A DNA stretch of 39,809 nucleotides from a virus (lineage: Duplodnaviria > Caudoviricetes), in IMG/VR virus record IMGVR_UViG_3300046001_008474, positions 1 to 39,809 of that record. One strand, written 5' to 3'. Position 1 is the stretch's first letter. Every line of letters starts with the position of its first letter. Shown piece after piece: positions 9,053 through 18,191 of this stretch. Below the pieces are notes generated by a model, which saw only the letters and a program-made list of their open reading frames with translations, was not told the DNA's origin and searched no databases. Both the position numbers and the translations under genes were made by a program.

Positions 9053-9514
9053 ATGAAAAAGATATCAATAACATTCGTTTTAGTTGTTTTAACAACTCTT
9101 GTTTTAGGACAAAAACCTATTAAAAGTTTAACTTACCACGAGGATACTTTACAAGTTCTTAGTTGGGCTTTGGGTATGGATTTTAAAATTGCAAAAGACC
9201 AAAATCTTTTAAAAGATGAGTATGTTTGGAAAACAGACTGTGATGTTATAATTAATTTAGTGTCTAAAACTGTAACATATTATTATGTACCCGAAAAAAG
9301 AGTTGAGCATGTTCTCAAACTCAAGAATTTTAAAACTACTAAAACAAGTTATTTTATTGAATTTGAAGTGGATGGTTATTACCAAAATCAAAAAGTTTTG
9401 ATTTGTGAAAATGAGGATGGTACTTATTCTTCGATAACACAATACGCATTATCAACCAAAGATAAGTTAAGTGCTGCTAACTACGATAGAAATGTAAAAG
9501 TTACTGTAAAATAA
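9053..9514 (+). CDS. Secreted hypothetical protein
   Basis: MKK+hydrophobic signal peptide ending G/Q (Bacteroidota-type Gln start). Confidence 0.75.
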   Translation: MKKISITFVLVVLTTLVLGQKPIKSLTYHEDTLQVLSWALGMDFKIAKDQNLLKDEYVWKTDCDVIINLVSKTVTYYYVPEKRVEHVLKLKNFKTTKTSYFIEFEVDGYYQNQKVLICENEDGTYSSITQYALSTKDKLSAANYDRNVKVTVK

Positions 9515-9542
9515 AAAAAGGGGTTTAAAACCCCTTTTTTTA
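9514..9542. terminator. Bidirectional terminator
   Basis: A7-GGGGTTT/AAACCCC-T7 between convergent genes. Confidence 0.85.
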
Positions 9543-10070
9543 TTATCCCATTCTTTGTTTGAGTAGGTTTTGATAGTAGGTTTGAATATTTTTGGAATCT
9601 CCAGCAATTTCACTTGTTGGTGTCATCAATGTAGTCAAAAATGACGGAGAGTAAGTTAAATAAGGTTTGATTGTTGGATTAGTAGATAGAGAATCAATTG
9701 TTTTCTTCAAAGTTGCCAAATCCATTGGTTGTGATTTTCCTGTTATAGCGTGAACTCTTAAAAACTCAGGTAAACTTCTTAATAATCTAATACCCATCAT
9801 TTGTTCAGGAGTTTGACCTTCTGTTTTTGGAGATAATGGATAAAGATAAGTTCTACCTTGACCAACAATACTTGGTAATTGTTCAAGAGCAACTCCTGCG
9901 GTAAAAGCGTTTAAATCTTGTTCATTTTTAATTTTTGGTAATCTATAAGTTACGTTGTTAATAACAACACCTGTTGTTTGTGTTGGTGCTTTTTGAACTT
10001 GATTACCTTGTTCTTTTAGAACTAAGTTAGTTATTTTTTTTAGTTGTGATTCAGTTATAATATATTTCAT
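9543..10070 (-). CDS. Hypothetical protein, MKYIITESQLKK..LKEQ leader
   Basis: ORF track; TATTTAT on - strand 10086-10092. Confidence 0.8.
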   Translation of the reverse strand: MKYIITESQLKKITNLVLKEQGNQVQKAPTQTTGVVINNVTYRLPKIKNEQDLNAFTAGVALEQLPSIVGQGRTYLYPLSPKTEGQTPEQMMGIRLLRSLPEFLRVHAITGKSQPMDLATLKKTIDSLSTNPTIKPYLTYSPSFLTTLMTPTSEIAGDSKNIQTYYQNLLKQRMG

Positions 10071-10103
10071 GATTATATTTTCTTTATAAATATGTTAAAG
10101 CAT

Positions 10104-10131
10104 AAAAAAACCCTCAATTTTGAGGGGTTTT
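10104..10131 (-). terminator. Intrinsic terminator after DoxX gene
   Basis: CCCTCA/TGAGGG stem with A7 (U-run on - strand). Confidence 0.7.
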
Positions 10132-10137
10132 AATTTT

Positions 10138-10506
10138 TTAATTAGTTAAAGAAGGTAGTTTATGGGTTCTTAAACAATAAGAAGACCATGATAACACACC
10201 AAGTAAGATTGGTATGAATAAACCAGTACCGCCCATCAATGATAGATGAACCGCAACTGCTCCACTCATGTAAGAACCAATTAACACCGCTCCATAGATG
10301 GAAGTTTTTGGAAGAACCAATAAACCAATTCCCAATAATTCAACAACACCTAAAAGTGCCATGTAAGGGGTTAATTTCATAAATTCAAAATTCTTAACCA
10401 TTTCCTCAGTTGCAAATAGTTTAGAAAATCCACTCATTCCTACCATGAATACTGTGATAGCGGTTAGTAACCAACCTAAGTTTTTTAATGTAAGGTATTT
10501 TTTCAT
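10138..10506 (-). CDS. DoxX-family membrane protein
   Basis: 4 TM segments; SG..KL...F, G.VELLG...L..PKT...GA...YM.GAVA.H pattern. Confidence 0.8.
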   Translation of the reverse strand: MKKYLTLKNLGWLLTAITVFMVGMSGFSKLFATEEMVKNFEFMKLTPYMALLGVVELLGIGLLVLPKTSIYGAVLIGSYMSGAVAVHLSLMGGTGLFIPILLGVLSWSSYCLRTHKLPSLTN

Positions 10507-10575
10507 ATTTTTTTATTTTAGATAACTATAAATATGAATTTTGTTTATGTAAATAAATTTCCTATATTTGTCATT

Positions 10576-10830
10576 ATGATAAGAAGTTTAATCACCCTAC
10601 TTTTTTTAATTTTAATTGGATGTAAACCAATGGTTAATAAAAATGACATTCAAAAACAATGTGTTATTGATAGTGTTTATCTCAAAGAAACTAAATCAAC
10701 ATTGGATTTTGATAAAATTTATGTTTATCATACAGATTGTAACTTCAACTTTCACATAAGAAATATAAAAACTTATAAAGTTGGTGATACGATTATTTTA
10801 ACAATAAAAACTTTCGAGAATGAAAAATGA
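10576..10830 (+). CDS. Putative lipoprotein
   Basis: Start ATG10576 after TATATTTG; lipobox LIGC. Confidence 0.65.
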   Translation: MIRSLITLLFLILIGCKPMVNKNDIQKQCVIDSVYLKETKSTLDFDKIYVYHTDCNFNFHIRNIKTYKVGDTIILTIKTFENEK

Positions 10831-11069
10831 AAAGGGAGTATTCGGAAAAAATAATAAAAATATTATTTCCTGAATTGGAGTATGAGATAGACCATTATGA
10901 AATTTTACATCGACAATTTATGGATGAAAATTTTAATTGGGTTGAAGACACACCTTCAATTTTTATTGGTGTTAAAATTATTAATAAACCTGAAATCTAC
11001 AAAGACTCTAATTTGAGTGAAGTGATTTCAGAATATACAGGAAGAGAATATAACATTTATTTAACATAA
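10827..11069 (+). CDS. Hypothetical protein
   Basis: ORF track; overlapping start/stop. Confidence 0.7.
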   Translation: MKREYSEKIIKILFPELEYEIDHYEILHRQFMDENFNWVEDTPSIFIGVKIINKPEIYKDSNLSEVISEYTGREYNIYLT

Positions 11070-11070
11070 T

Positions 11071-11319
11071 ATGACAAGAAAATTTAAAACATTAATCACT
11101 TCAACAGGAGAATATGGTATCATAGATACAAATATTTTTGATGAAATTTTTGTTGCTACAAGCACAATGCCAACTCTTTATGGTATTGAAACAACAATTG
11201 AAGGTTTGGATAACTATTTTGGAAATTATATCTTTGAAAATACCGAAGATAATTTTTCTTGGAAAGACCATGTCCCTTCAGATTGGAAATTAATTGAAAT
11301 TGAAATAAATCATGAATAA
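11071..11319 (+). CDS. Hypothetical protein
   Basis: ORF track. Confidence 0.7.
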   Translation: MTRKFKTLITSTGEYGIIDTNIFDEIFVATSTMPTLYGIETTIEGLDNYFGNYIFENTEDNFSWKDHVPSDWKLIEIEINHE

Positions 11320-11737
11320 AGAAGAATTATTGGAAAGTCTTTATAACAAGTATCTTGAATATACTGTTATGGGAGTAAATGATGGTTTAGATAGGATAGA
11401 AGGGTATTTAGACAATTGTTTAGTCGAATTTGATGGTTACTATGAACATTTTACAAATCCATCATTCCAATACGGGTATAAACCACATACACTAGAAGAA
11501 TTCATCAACAAATGTAAAACAGATACAGAGTTCTCTGAAAAGTGGGGATTAAAGATTGAAGAACGAGAGTTGAGTTTGGAAGAAAGAAGTGATTTAAAAA
11601 ATTCATCTCCTTATTTATATGGTAAACCACAAAATGGAAGACTAATAGATGAACGATTACTGGATAGTAATAAAGTCCCAACCCGACTAATCACAATAAC
11701 ACATAAAGATAAAACAATAGAAAGTTATGAAAATTAA
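11312..11737 (+). CDS. ThyA-insertion-derived hypothetical protein (paralogue of 12184)
   Basis: EEFINKCKTDTEFSEKWG, RELS.EER and PTRLI match ThyA inserts; 55/66 nt identity 11482-11547 vs 14702-14767. Confidence 0.75.
   Translation: MNKEELLESLYNKYLEYTVMGVNDGLDRIEGYLDNCLVEFDGYYEHFTNPSFQYGYKPHTLEEFINKCKTDTEFSEKWGLKIEERELSLEERSDLKNSSPYLYGKPQNGRLIDERLLDSNKVPTRLITITHKDKTIESYEN
11676..11730 (+). repeat. Direct repeat (copy at 12512-12566) ending in junction motif ATAGAAAGTTATGA
   Basis: TCCCAACCCGACTAATCACAATAACA...GATAAAACAATAGAAAGTTATGA; the 14-mer is at 11717, 11936, 12174, 12553. Confidence 0.85.
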
Positions 11738-11939
11738 TAGACCAAAGGATGGTGACTATAGATATAAAACCAAGTTTTTATGGTTACCTAAAAGATTTGA
11801 TGGTGGGTGGTATTGGTTAGAAACTACAACTATTAGACAAATATATTTTTATCATGGACTAAGCCTTGGATGGCATAATGTATGTTTGTCAAACCCAGAA
11901 TCCGGTCTCCCAATAAGTATTGACCCAATTAAAAAATAG
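11727..11939 (+). CDS. Small Trp-rich hypothetical protein
   Basis: KFLWLPK...WYWLE; starts inside the junction repeat. Confidence 0.7.
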   Translation: MKINRPKDGDYRYKTKFLWLPKRFDGGWYWLETTTIRQIYFYHGLSLGWHNVCLSNPESGLPISIDPIKK

Positions 11940-11945
11940 AAAGTT

Positions 11946-12191
11946 ATGAATAAAGAAATTGGAAGATTAGAAGGATATGGTCAGTTAATAACCAAGGATG
12001 GAAAATACTTTGGTCATGGTAATAATGAAGACATACACGAAAGAGAATGGCACGACGACCCAACTAAAGCAATACTATGGAATCTTAATTTAGATAACCC
12101 AAGTAAAGTGGCTTCACCTTACCCAATGGGATTAAACGAGGCAAAACTTATAAAAGTGAAAAAAACTATCATCATAGAAAGTTATGAATAA
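11946..12191 (+). CDS. Hypothetical protein
   Basis: Starts and ends in junction repeats (…IESYE). Confidence 0.7.
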   Translation: MNKEIGRLEGYGQLITKDGKYFGHGNNEDIHEREWHDDPTKAILWNLNLDNPSKVASPYPMGLNEAKLIKVKKTIIIESYE

Positions 12192-12570
12192 AGAACAACA
12201 AGAATTATTGGATGAGGTTTATCAGAATTATTCGAAGGAATACGAAAAAGATAATTCAATAGGAATGTGTCTTTTAGTTGCACGAATAGATGGTAAATCA
12301 ACATATCGTAAACCCAATAAAGAAATGTTTATTGATTTGTGTACTTTTGATACGGAGTTCTCTGAAAGGTGGGGATTAAAGATTGAAGAACGAGAGTTGA
12401 GTAGGGATGAAAGAATTGATTTATATTGTAAGGAATATACTGGCGGTACTAAAGGTAAATATGAACCACCATTTGATGATTTTATTGACGCTAAATTAAC
12501 AACAAGAGATATCCCAACCCGACTAATCACAATAACATACAACGATAAAACAATAGAAAGTTATGACTAA
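12184..12570 (+). CDS. ThyA-insertion-derived hypothetical protein
   Basis: EVYQNYSKEYEK ~ Thy[13 protein letters not shown]; D.EF..WG; RELSRDER; IPTRLI. Confidence 0.75.
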   Translation: MNKEQQELLDEVYQNYSKEYEKDNSIGMCLLVARIDGKSTYRKPNKEMFIDLCTFDTEFSERWGLKIEERELSRDERIDLYCKEYTGGTKGKYEPPFDDFIDAKLTTRDIPTRLITITYNDKTIESYD

Positions 12571-12712
12571 AGAAGAAGCAAAAGACTCACTAATTGAAGT
12601 GCTAATGAATCAAGTAGCAGACTTATCAATGATGTCTAAAATTGAATTAGGTGATGATGTAATCGCTGAAATTAAACGATTAAAAGCTATAATAAATGAT
12701 AAAATTAATTAA
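12563..12712 (+). CDS. Small hypothetical protein (49 aa, not in ORF track)
   Basis: MTKEEAKDSLIEVL...; starts in the junction repeat and fills the gap. Confidence 0.6.
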   Translation: MTKEEAKDSLIEVLMNQVADLSMMSKIELGDDVIAEIKRLKAIINDKIN

Positions 12713-12932
12713 ATGGATATCTCACAAGATGGGATACAAAATCGCAATGATTAAAATTGGTGGTAAAGTACCTGGCATCACAATAGAAGGTGATAAAGAA
12801 TTATTACGCTATGTAGACATTACCGGATACTCTTTTAAGAAAGAACCACTTAAAAGAACATTTACTAAACCAGTAGAGTCTGAACCAATTAAACCACTAA
12901 CGCCAAAACAATTAAAAGAAATTGGGTTATGA
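12696..12932 (+). CDS. Hypothetical protein
   Basis: ORF track. Confidence 0.65.
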   Translation: MIKLIKWISHKMGYKIAMIKIGGKVPGITIEGDKELLRYVDITGYSFKKEPLKRTFTKPVESEPIKPLTPKQLKEIGL

Positions 12933-12950
12933 ACAACCTATATAAACAAT
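12929..12950 (+). repeat. Degenerate copy of the thyA 5' end
   Basis: ATGAACAACCTATATAAACAAT vs thyA ATGAACAACCTAGATAAACAAT (13590); third copy at 13166. Confidence 0.75.
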
Positions 12951-13182
12951 GAAAATCACATACGATAAAAGAACTTATTTTATTGAAGATGGTGATAAGA
13001 AATATGAAGTTGTTCATATTGTAAAACACCCAAACAAAGAGTATGATACAGACACTTATTATTTCTATGAATATAGAGAAAGTGATATCCCAGATGCTTC
13101 TGGTTATTGGCATTTTGAACCATCTGAAGAATTAGTAAATAAAATAAAAGATTATATTAAAGAATATGAACAAACTAGATAA
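12949..13182 (+). CDS. Hypothetical protein
   Basis: ORF track. Confidence 0.7.
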   Translation: MKITYDKRTYFIEDGDKKYEVVHIVKHPNKEYDTDTYYFYEYRESDIPDASGYWHFEPSEELVNKIKDYIKEYEQTR

Positions 13183-13588
13183 AGAACTAATCACACTATC
13201 AAAAAGTGATGTAATGTTTCTTATAGCAAGTGCTATGGGTTATGGATGGAATGAAGCATCTTCACATAGAAGTATTGAAGAATGTAATAAACGAAAAGAA
13301 TTAGAACAAGAAAGATTGCTTGAATGGACCATACATTTATCTAATGGGTTTCTTAAAGAACATACTCATCACAACCCATATGAAATGTATGATGTGAGTA
13401 AGGTTGAAAAATTAAAAGAAAAGTATAACTTTGAATTGATTGATGATGTAACTCATAGGATTAATGATAAACCTTATTTTGTAGAAAGCTACAATTCTGG
13501 TTTAATGCAATTTTTAGAGTCATATAAAGATAAAAAAGTGTACATTTACAGTAAATCATTACCAACTATTAGAGCAATTGTAATTTAA
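13166..13588 (+). CDS. Hypothetical protein starting with thyA-like MNKLDK
   Basis: ORF track. Confidence 0.7.
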   Translation: MNKLDKELITLSKSDVMFLIASAMGYGWNEASSHRSIEECNKRKELEQERLLEWTIHLSNGFLKEHTHHNPYEMYDVSKVEKLKEKYNFELIDDVTHRINDKPYFVESYNSGLMQFLESYKDKKVYIYSKSLPTIRAIVI

Positions 13589-13589
13589 A

Positions 13590-13910
13590 ATGAACAACCT
13601 AGATAAACAATACACAGACCTACTTCAAGACATCTTAGATAATGGAGTAACCAAGTCCGACAGAACAGGAACTGGAACAATATCAGTATTTGGAAGACAG
13701 ATACGTCATAAGATGAGTGATGGCTTTCCTTTACTCACAACAAAGAAAATGTATTTCAAAGGAGTTGTTACAGAATTGTTGTGGTTCTTAAGAGGGGATA
13801 CATCAATAGAGTATCTCTTGGAAAACGATTGTAATATCTGGACAGGAGACGCGTACCAAGCGTACCTCAAAGAATGTGAAAAATTAAAAAAAGATGAGGA
13901 AAATAAGTAA
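13590..13910 (+). CDS. thyA: Thymidylate synthase, N-terminal fragment
   Basis: [31 protein letters not shown] motifs. Confidence 0.93.
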   Translation: MNNLDKQYTDLLQDILDNGVTKSDRTGTGTISVFGRQIRHKMSDGFPLLTTKKMYFKGVVTELLWFLRGDTSIEYLLENDCNIWTGDAYQAYLKECEKLKKDEENK

Positions 13911-13948
13911 TTTTTATACCCATCACCATATTTATATTAAAAGAGAAT

Positions 13949-14677
13949 ATGGAAACAAAATATTATTTGTATATTAAGACAAGCCCTTTGGGATTAAAGT
14001 ATCTTGGTAAAACAACAAAAAATCCGATTACTTATTTAGGTAGTGGTAAAATTTGGAAACGGCATATTAAAAAACATAGTTTGACTATCGATGATATTAA
14101 AACTGAAATTGTTTTTGAAACAAACGATGTTGATAAATTAATTAAAAAAGGTATAGAATTAAGTAATTTATACAATGTAGTTGAATCAAAAGAATGGGCA
14201 AATTTAAGGGAAGAAACAGGGGATGGTGGAAACACAAGTAAATTTATAGATTTTTCAAATCCTGTTTTTCACAATCCAAGTAGAAGTAAACATTTGAATA
14301 TGTGGTTAAATGAAGTAACAGAAGAAGAGAGAAAGAAAATTTTAAGAGAAAGGATTAGTAAGGTTGACTTTAAAGATAGGGCGAGAAAGGCTAAAGAAAA
14401 TACTGATTGGGAATCGTGGAAAAAATCTATAAAAAATAGAAAAACAGATTATTCTAAATTTTTAAATGATACGCATGAAAAAAATAAAAAACCTGTTTTA
14501 CAATTTGATTTGGATGGGAATTTTATAATGGAACACAAATCAGCTACAGATGCGGTTAAATACCTTAACGTTAAAAAATATAGTGCTAGTACAATAACTA
14601 ATTGTTGTAAAGGAAAAGGTGAAACGGCATTAGGCTATAAATGGAAATATAAAAATATAGAAAATGAAAGCAAATAA
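13949..14677 (+). mobile_element. Free-standing GIY-YIG (Seg-like) homing endonuclease with NUMOD1 C-terminus, inserted in thyA
   Basis: YLY...KYLGKT...YLGSG..W; KPVLQFDLDGNFI...S...A...I..CCKG...GYKWKY; own TATTTAT at 13929. Confidence 0.85.
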
Positions 14678-15578
14678 AAACGATTTACACGAAAGTGGTA
14701 GACCACTCACACAAGAAGAATTCATCAACAAAATAAAAACAGATGATGAGTTCGCTAAAAAGTGGGGTGATTTAGGTCCGATTTATGGGAAGCAATGGAG
14801 AGATTGGACGGTTTATAAAAGTAACGGATATCAATGGTCTGATAGAGAAAAAGATAAGGCGTATTATATTAACAATGGTGTAGAATCAAATGTAGACCAA
14901 ATCGCAAACCTAATCAACGACCTTAAAACAAATCCAGACTCAAGACGTTTAATAGTGAATAGCTGGAACGTTGGACAGTTGTCGGAAATGATTCTTCCAC
15001 CTTGTCATTATGGATTTCAAGTTTACACAAGAGAGCTGAGTGAAGATGAGAGATATGATTTATGTGCAGCGCAGAAAAGCAAAATGACTGCAATATCAGA
15101 AGAAGATTATATCAAATATAATATTCCAACCAGGGCAATCTCATTAATGTTTAATATGAGAAGTACCGATGTTGGACTTGGTCTTGGATTCAATTTGGCC
15201 TCATACGGATTATTATTGATGATGATTGCTAAACAAGTTAATATGGTTCCTAACGAACTGATTTATAATGGAGGTGATGTACATTTATATTCAAATCATA
15301 TTGAACAAGCAAAGGAACAGATTGGTAGAGAAATGAATCACGATGAAAAAGTTAAATACGCTCGTTCATTGTATGGGGATAAAGATTGGTGGAATATCAA
15401 TGATAATAGAGTTTTAGAGATATTACATTCTAACAAAAGAACAAGAGAACCATATCCGTTACCAACAGTAAAATTATCCGATAGAGATGTTAATGATATT
15501 TCAGAATATACTTTGGATGATATTGTTTTAGAAAATTATCAATCACATCCATCCATAAAAATGCCACTTTCTAATTAA
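14664..15578 (+). CDS. thyA: Thymidylate synthase, C-terminal catalytic fragment
   Basis: LGPIYGKQWR, PDSRR, LPPCH, RSTD..LG..FN, GDVHLYSNH, Y.SHP.IK motifs. Confidence 0.93.
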   Translation: MKANKNDLHESGRPLTQEEFINKIKTDDEFAKKWGDLGPIYGKQWRDWTVYKSNGYQWSDREKDKAYYINNGVESNVDQIANLINDLKTNPDSRRLIVNSWNVGQLSEMILPPCHYGFQVYTRELSEDERYDLCAAQKSKMTAISEEDYIKYNIPTRAISLMFNMRSTDVGLGLGFNLASYGLLLMMIAKQVNMVPNELIYNGGDVHLYSNHIEQAKEQIGREMNHDEKVKYARSLYGDKDWWNINDNRVLEILHSNKRTREPYPLPTVKLSDRDVNDISEYTLDDIVLENYQSHPSIKMPLSN

Positions 15579-15677
15579 ATTTAGGGAAACCATTTAACTT
15601 TTTACTTTTATAAGGTGGAGAGTTAAAAGTAAAAATAAAAAATTTGACAATTACAGATATAAATATTAAATTAAGTT

Positions 15678-15920
15678 ATGAAACAAACACCAGAAGAACT
15701 AATAGAAAAAATTAAAAAAATATCTGAAGAGTTTAGAAAAACTGATGAATTTTTTCTAAACAATCCGGATATACCCCAAGAATTAAAAGATGGGTTATTA
15801 AAAATCAGAGAAAAGTTTGATAAAGAAAAACTTGAACAAGATAAATACTTGGAAGATAATAAACATAGAAAAATCAAAGGATATAATCCAGATACATTTA
15901 TGCCAATATATGAAGATTAA
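15678..15920 (+). CDS. Hypothetical protein
   Basis: ORF track. Confidence 0.7.
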   Translation: MKQTPEELIEKIKKISEEFRKTDEFFLNNPDIPQELKDGLLKIREKFDKEKLEQDKYLEDNKHRKIKGYNPDTFMPIYED

Positions 15921-15932
15921 AAAAATTAAGTT

Positions 15933-16100
15933 ATGGAAAACAAAAAATGGACAAGAGAAGATGCTGAACAAAATAAAAATAACCTGTTGGAAGAATTAAA
16001 AAAAATACCTACATCACAAGAAAATTTAGAATGGGTCACAAAAGAACTTAATCAACTTATTGATGAAGAAGAGGTAAGACAAACTAAACCCAACAATTAA
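15933..16100 (+). CDS. Small hypothetical protein (55 aa, not in ORF track)
   Basis: MENKKWTREDAE... open frame filling the gap. Confidence 0.6.
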   Translation: MENKKWTREDAEQNKNNLLEELKKIPTSQENLEWVTKELNQLIDEEEVRQTKPNN

Positions 16101-16112
16101 ATAATATAAATT

Positions 16113-16313
16113 ATGGAAAATAGTAAACAAGCAGGGTCGGTAAACGTGGCCAAAATACAAGAATCTGTAAAGTCAATCGAAATTTTGACATCTCAGTATA
16201 AAAAAAGAAGAATGAGTACTCAAGAGTACATAAAGTTAGTTCATGAGAATTTATCTCATTTAACAACACAAAGAAATTATTTAGATTATTTGAATAGTAT
16301 CGGCCAAAATTAA
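16113..16313 (+). CDS. Hypothetical protein
   Basis: ORF track. Confidence 0.65.
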   Translation: MENSKQAGSVNVAKIQESVKSIEILTSQYKKRRMSTQEYIKLVHENLSHLTTQRNYLDYLNSIGQN

Positions 16314-16314
16314 T

Positions 16315-16551
16315 ATGTTTATACAAATATTACCTGATGAATTAATAGAGGAGTTCAGAGCTCCATGGAAACAACAGTTAATAAAAAATTTGCACATCGA
16401 TTATGCAACTAATGCAATCCATGGTTGGTTTGAACAAAAAGAAGTAATTATTTTCAGATTCAAAGGCTATGGTTGGATTATGGATAATCGAACTTCGGGA
16501 TATAAAATATCGAATGGAGGTGCTGGAATTTTAATTTGTATAGAAGTTTAG
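16315..16551 (+). CDS. Hypothetical protein
   Basis: ORF track. Confidence 0.7.
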   Translation: MFIQILPDELIEEFRAPWKQQLIKNLHIDYATNAIHGWFEQKEVIIFRFKGYGWIMDNRTSGYKISNGGAGILICIEV

Positions 16552-16565
16552 ATATTTATAAAATT

Positions 16566-16817
16566 ATGAAAAAGATTTACTACCTCATCCTGTTCTTAGG
16601 ACTTAATAGTTGTACACCTAAGTACAAAGAATTATTCGATTTAAAATACAAAGAGCATGAGGCTTTGAAAAAGAAATACGAAAATTTACATTACGAGTAC
16701 GTAACAATAAAAGATGAAAAAGAATACTTGAGAGACCAATGTAGAGTTTTCTATATGGAAAAAGAACATCTTAATTTAAAAATAGATTCTTTAAAGAAAG
16801 TAATATTAAAAAAATAA
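16566..16817 (+). CDS. Coiled-coil lipoprotein
   Basis: Start ATG16566 after TATTTAT 16553; lipobox LNSC; heptads. Confidence 0.7.
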   Translation: MKKIYYLILFLGLNSCTPKYKELFDLKYKEHEALKKKYENLHYEYVTIKDEKEYLRDQCRVFYMEKEHLNLKIDSLKKVILKK

Positions 16818-16881
16818 AAAAAATATTCATATATTTGAAAAAAATTGGGGATGCACAAATGAAGATGATGTTGCATTCAGG

Positions 16882-17217
16882 ATGGGGGAAATTTTAATGT
16901 CAAGGGGAACTACAAAATATAAAAAAATTATAAAAGAATATAAAGACGCAACTCCAAAAGAGATTTGGGAAGGTGTTAGAGATAACTTTATATTTGGATT
17001 CTTAGGTGCTATTTTAGTTGTGTTTATTGCAACAAGAACAGATTTAGCTGTTTTGGCAGGATATCTCGTTTATTATTCTTACATGGGTAAAATAGTGAAT
17101 CGTCCCAAATATGTAACAGATTTGGGACAAATGATAGTGTTTCCTGTACCATCAGCTATAGGCGCGTTTACAGGATATAAATTATCATATTATGTTTTAG
17201 AAACTTTTTTAAATTAA
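16882..17217 (+). CDS. Small membrane protein
   Basis: 2-3 hydrophobic segments. Confidence 0.7.
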   Translation: MGEILMSRGTTKYKKIIKEYKDATPKEIWEGVRDNFIFGFLGAILVVFIATRTDLAVLAGYLVYYSYMGKIVNRPKYVTDLGQMIVFPVPSAIGAFTGYKLSYYVLETFLN

Positions 17218-17221
17218 AAAT

Positions 17222-17482
17222 ATGTCAAACAACGATTACGAAAGACAACAATTTTGGGGTGAAGAAATAACCCATAAAACTTCAAAAGAACATGTATTTT
17301 CTGATTATGAGGCCGTTGGAATCTGTGAAGGTTTCATTGAGGAAGAAAATGAAGAAAGAATCATAGCTGCTTGGCAACATCTTGTTGATACAGGAATGGC
17401 TTGGAATCTTCAAGGATGGTTTGGAAGACAAGCTAATTCTATGATAGAAGAAGGTATTTTGAAGAAACCAAAATATAACTAA
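17222..17482 (+). CDS. Conserved phage hypothetical protein
   Basis: WQ.LVDTG.AW.LQG.FGR.A..MIEEG motif, recalled from many phages. Confidence 0.75.
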   Translation: MSNNDYERQQFWGEEITHKTSKEHVFSDYEAVGICEGFIEEENEERIIAAWQHLVDTGMAWNLQGWFGRQANSMIEEGILKKPKYN

Positions 17483-17483
17483 A

Positions 17484-17801
17484 ATGGCGATTATTATCAA
17501 GAAATTTGATACTTTAAGAGACGGTGGAACAATATGTATAGATGCGTGGATACACCATAACGGTGAAACAATTGAAAATGAATCACCAACCGTGAGTATA
17601 GATTACTCAATAAATTCTGATACTGAAGGTGAATGGTTTTTTGGATTGAAAAGTAATGGAGGTAAGTTGATTACCGATGAGGAGTTAAAAGAAAAAATAA
17701 TCAAAGAATTAGAATTTCACGTTAGAAGTCAGACTAGTTTATTACAAAAATTAAAAGAACCTAAAACACCTCCCAATATTGAAACTACCCCATATTTATA
17801 G
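17484..17801 (+). CDS. Hypothetical protein
   Basis: ORF track; LRDGGT motif. Confidence 0.7.
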   Translation: MAIIIKKFDTLRDGGTICIDAWIHHNGETIENESPTVSIDYSINSDTEGEWFFGLKSNGGKLITDEELKEKIIKELEFHVRSQTSLLQKLKEPKTPPNIETTPYL

Positions 17802-17804
17802 TTA

Positions 17805-18191
17805 ATGAAATTGACTATAGTTGATAAGGGTTCGATTATACAAGATAATCCAAACTTGTATGAAAACTTCTTTAAATTTTTACAAAAACAATATCCTTTG
17901 AAAGAAGATGTGACCATCATGTTTTTGAACGAACGAATCGGTCATATGACAACTGGTAGTAGAAGTGGTGATAATGTTATCAAAGTTTTAATTAAAAAGA
18001 GAATTAATAGAGATATTCTCAGAACAATTGCTCATGAATGGGTTCACGAGTATCAAAGAACCATCATGAAAACTGAAATGGGTCCTGATATTGGTGGATT
18101 TAATGAGGATATGGCAAATGCTGAGTCAGGTAAATTAATCAAAATCTTTGAAAAAAAGTTTCCTGATTTGGAAGAGAACATGTATGATTAA
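17805..18191 (+). CDS. Zincin-like metallopeptidase (HEXXH)
   Basis: TIAHEWVHEYQ ... E..A. Confidence 0.7.
   Translation: MKLTIVDKGSIIQDNPNLYENFFKFLQKQYPLKEDVTIMFLNERIGHMTTGSRSGDNVIKVLIKKRINRDILRTIAHEWVHEYQRTIMKTEMGPDIGGFNEDMANAESGKLIKIFEKKFPDLEENMYD

Noticed and set aside
491-12566. CRISPR array or integron attC sites from the repeated motifs
   Set aside because: Repeats are coding or junction sequences spaced by whole genes, are not palindromic, and no cas or integrase gene is present
13911-14663. Group I intron or intein in thyA
   Set aside because: No space or recognisable core elements outside the endonuclease ORF; stop codons and a frame change exclude an intein. A core hidden inside the ORF is not fully excluded without an Infernal scan
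11482-14767. Diversity-generating retroelement template/variable repeat pair
   Set aside because: Mismatches are not adenine-specific and there is no reverse transcriptase in the window
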